A stretch of DNA of 64,000 bases from Amoebophrya sp. A120 (lineage: Eukaryota > Protista > Dinoflagellata), in NCBI GenBank assembly GCA_905178155.1, contig CAJINV010000005.1:1266438-1330437 (forward strand), given 5' to 3'. This document shows positions 60,301-64,000 of the stretch, one piece after another. Under the pieces are notes generated by a model that worked only from the letters and a program-made list of their open reading frames with translations, was not told the origin of the DNA and ran no database searches. A program made the position numbers and the translations under genes. Every line of letters begins with the position of its first letter. Position 1 is the first letter of the stretch.

Positions 60301-60378
60301 ATGTTGCGGTTTTGGGATCCCGCAAAACTTGAGTTGACGAGTGTTGTCCACAGAAGTACTAGAACTAGCTCAACATAG
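57349..60378 (+). CDS. Hypothetical secreted protein (signal-like N-terminus, KG repeats); probably multi-exon
   Basis: MARFPPDYMLALAGFLLAPAWSFFCF, KGKGKG tracts, then further coding-like + frames at 58606-59046, 59300-59892 and 60085-60378; joins not resolved. Confidence 0.5.
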
Positions 60379-62168
60379 TCGTAAAAATTCTTCGCGGCTG
60401 TAGTTCGTGGTGGTGTAAAGCATTGCGCTTTCCATCAATCGCCATCACCAGGGCCAGAACTAGGAACTACATTTGCTCTCAATATTTCGAACATAAAGTT
60501 GGCTTCGCTCAGGCATGATGTTGAAGATTTGGAAAAAAGAAAGGCACTGATTATGCTTTTGTCTAGTCGTGGTCCCATTTTTACGTGTATGATTTTTCGT
60601 TCTCGTTCAGGGCCAATTCACTGATGTTGGAAACGTTCTACATTGATAGATTCGCGTTTGTATTTTGACATAAGTGATTGGTCTACTTGGTGATCCTGTG
60701 ATGTCTATGTTCTCACAGGTTTTCTTTGTACAGGAGGGTCACTCGGCACTCTAAGGATGTATTGACAGCATATAATTTTAGACAGTAACTCGCACACTAT
60801 AAGATGCGAACATCAAATGGAAATGATCTAAAATGATGCCGATAGACAGTGGCCAGTTTCTCTTTGAAAGAAAAGCATGACACTACTTACTTACTATACT
60901 GCGCGAACGCCCGCACGCTCCCAACTGTTTATCGCTTTGGAGCCGAGCGTAGCAGCATGTTGGCAGAGCGTGTGGGATCCTATGGGCAGATAAACTTCTG
61001 CGCCAAAAAATTCAAAGGTTTTTTTTTCACGTGCATCTTAAGATGCGTATTTGTATTTCCGATTTTAAGAGACGAGTGAACGTCATAGCCTGCAGATGAA
61101 TATCTCCACTTCGAACTCCTTCAGTTTTACACTCAAGTCGTTCTTTCTTTCTCTGTGTTGTACCACGGTCATGTCACCAGAACACGTGTACTATTTTGTT
61201 GATACAAAATTATACTGAGACACTTGCTGATCCTGAGCATTTGACGAAAACAACACAGACCAGTTGTGTCAGTTGTTCTCAATAACGCGCATAAGAGTCT
61301 GCCCCTCGATCGCTTTAAGAAACGAGCGCGCGATTCTGACTTTTTGAATTATTTTCAAACAACAGCATTACAAAGGTAATGAATCAAAAAACTTTTAGAT
61401 TTTCACACCAGCACCAAAAAACCCAGGACCGACCTCATGCCTACCTCAACACAAGGCGGGCGCGAGGGCAACAGAAGGACTACAATAAATGCACTTCCGG
61501 GAAGCAGTGCAATATTGTAATGCCTACAACTACAAACCACTTGAAAGACTAGGATGAAATTGAAATGGCCGCAGGGTGTTTGCCACAGGCACAACACATG
61601 GCGCAACCGCCACGCGGTACACAAACTGGAAATGCAATTTTCGTGCGGTCAAAAAAAAAAACAGTACTGCTTGATGCTTGTGCGAGACTCTTGCGAGTTG
61701 ACCTTTTAATGTTCGACAATTTGGGTTTTACCCTCCCTGCGACATTCAGCGGTGGAGATTGATATGTGCCATGTGATCACCTCCACTCCATTTGATTGAA
61801 TATGAATAAATTCATTATCAACAAGAATCAAAACAATCTTATCCAGATCATCATATCCGGATATTATACTACAAATTTATGATTTTCCCCGAATTTTTTT
61901 TCGATGCCATCACCTCATATTTCGATATCAATCAAATGATCGAAAACATCGATGATTTCTGTGTATTGATATTGAAATTTTTTCGAAAAGAATCGATGAC
62001 ATATCCGAGGTATTATTTCTTCATCTATGAAATAAATCTGTGAATCTCGAATGAATTTTATTTAATATCCCCCTTAAGAATGTAGTCAATCTATCTTCAT
62101 TTTTCTCAAATTTATCTGGATATATTCAATGATTTTGAAAATATCCTACCAAATATTTCAATGATTTT

Positions 62169-63430
62169 CAGGCAGCCGGCCCGAGGCATTTTCCGCTAGT
62201 AAAATTTTTTTAAAATGTCACTAATTCCGGGAATCGCGGGCCGGTTGGCTGGGTGTGGCACCCTTTGGGCACGCGCCGCATTCGGGGAGGGGGGCGCGGC
62301 ATAGTGTGGCGCCCCCGCTTTTTGTTTTCCCGGGTGTCGTAAGCTTCCGGGCCGTCTCCCCTGGTTGTGTGTTCTCCCCCGTCCTCTTGGGGGTGGGGGC
62401 CGCTTATCGTTGGGCCTTTTCGCGCGCGCGGCGCCTTGGCTTTTGGTGGTGGCCTGCCCTCGGGCGCTCTTTTCCCTTACCTCAGGGAATGTCTCGGGTC
62501 GGGCCCTTGCCCGGGCCTTCGGTTTTTCTTTGTCCGGTATCTTTGCAAGGGAGGGGGGTCCTGTGGTGTGGTTTGGCACACAGGGGCTGCTCCTCGTGGC
62601 CATGGCTCAAATCCACCGGGGCCCGGCGCCTTTGCATTTATGGGGGGCAGCGCGCAGTGGGCCCGGCTCTGGAAATCGGGCAGGAGTGAGGCCGGGGCTT
62701 TTTGGTCTTTCAAGCACCACCCCGATCCCGGGCGGCTAATGAAGAGGGTAATCCCGGCGGTAATTTCCGGGGTTAATCTGACCACAACGAAATCGGGAAG
62801 GTTTCGTTGGTTTTGAAATTAGACCAAAAATTAGACTACAGATTAGACTATAAATTAGACCACAAATTACCCCAAAAACCCAAGGAATTAACCTGCCCCC
62901 GGGGGGCAGTCACTCCGCCAGAGCATTGGGTTTTCAGTTGGCGCCATTTGCCACCACTTGTCCTGCTTTTTCTCGGCAGGCCGCCCGCCCGCAGTTCCCG
63001 CCCGCCCGTGGCCTTTGCGTCTTTGAATGGATTCCCCCCGACCGGTGCCTTTCCCAATTTGCCCCGAAGATTGAAGGGGTGGCGCTCTGGAAACCCACAA
63101 ACAACAGGCCCGCCGGGGTCGCGTTCCGGCCTCCGTTGTGATTTGGTGGAGGCCCCCCGCGCGCAGGCTTCGCAGTCTCCTAGGCCTTTCTTCGGTGCCG
63201 GGGCACCCTTTGGCGCCTTTCCCGGCGCGCGCCCGCCTCCCCTTCAGGGGGGCGCGGGGGGGGTGCCCGGAGGGCGGCGCCCGCGATGGCTATGCGCCCC
63301 CGGAAGTATGGCGGCACCCCCGGCGCGCTTTCTAGTCGGGTCCCTCTTGCGCCTGCCCTCCTTCGCTTTGGGGATTAGCCAAACTTCAGCCAGGAATTAA
63401 CGAAATAGCTTGCCACGGGCCGGCTGCCTG
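62169..63430. mobile_element. Non-autonomous hAT-like DNA transposon
   Basis: 20-bp TIR caggcagccggcccg(a/t)ggca; 8-bp TSD atgatttt/atgattta; GC-rich island in AT-rich DNA; no transposase. Confidence 0.82.
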
Positions 63431-64000
63431 ATGATTTAAAATAATAAATTCAAATCATTTGAAATTCGAAAAAATTTAAATTATCGAAAAATTTTCAAAA
63501 AATTTCGAAACATGATGGAATTTCGAAAAATTTCGAAATTATTATGATGAGGTTTTGATTTTCTAAAAGTTTTTGGCATTCTCTGAAGAATTATCATTAT
63601 CAAAAATTTTATTGTAAATTTTATTTCATAAATCTCTTATTCTTTCCGATTTATCTTCCAGGAATACATGGAGCCATATCATTGAAAAATTCAAAAATTT
63701 TTTTCAATCCCAGACACCTTTATTGATCTTTCTATCTTTCTTTTCATCCCCAGACATGAAAATGAATTTTCTTAAAAATATCGATCCGATTACATTTTCA
63801 CATTTTTCAAATCATTCAATCCGAGAAATGAATCTCATCACATCCGATAATCCATTTGATTCATTTCTTTTCTTTCTGGTCATGTCTGGGCATGACTCAA
63901 ATTTGTCGTAGACCCGATCCGAGATTATCCTTCATTTTTTCATCATCAACTCGCTTTTCCTCAAAAATAAGATATAGATAAAGATGATAAAGATAAAGAT
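63431..64000. repeat. AT-rich low-complexity sequence (continues 61760-62168)
   Basis: Degenerate ttcgaaa/atcatc/gataaa motifs; no credible ORF. Confidence 0.6.

Noticed and set aside
62196-63400. GC-rich ORFs, or rRNA, in the terminal island
   Set aside because: Low-complexity Pro/Gly/Arg frames inside a TIR element; no rRNA or transposase signatures.
1-64000. tRNA, rRNA or dinoflagellate spliced-leader relics
   Set aside because: None recognised by eye; tRNAscan-SE or Infernal would be needed to exclude them.

Overview
Eukaryotic, intron-containing DNA with every credible gene on the + strand. The architecture strongly resembles the parasitic dinoflagellate Amoebophrya (inference; no database check). 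The window opens with an intact tyrosine-recombinase (YR) retrotransposon. Its YR ORF lies upstream of an RT-RNaseH-methyltransferase-like ORF, it has a 50-bp split direct repeat, and it abuts a 5'-truncated NmrA-like gene. The dominant signal is 27 short elements (151-996 bp) in about 8 sequence families. Each has terminal inverted repeats (TIRs), typically TAT...ATA ends, and a flanking 5-bp target-site duplication (TSD). All lie inside coding sequence, and two families occur in both orientations. Removing each element plus one TSD copy restores the reading frame, yet only 1 of 27 can be read as GT-AG. They behave as non-canonical introner introns coexisting with ordinary GT-AG introns. Reconstructed genes: NmrA-like protein, a membrane protein, a polycystin-2-like channel, a ~2780-aa protein with C-terminal EF-hands, an RCC1-repeat protein, a ~2290-aa P5-type ATPase and several hypothetical or secreted proteins. 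Also present: insertions nested inside introners, a CACTG-ended MITE and a non-autonomous hAT-like element. All coordinates and splice models were derived by eye.
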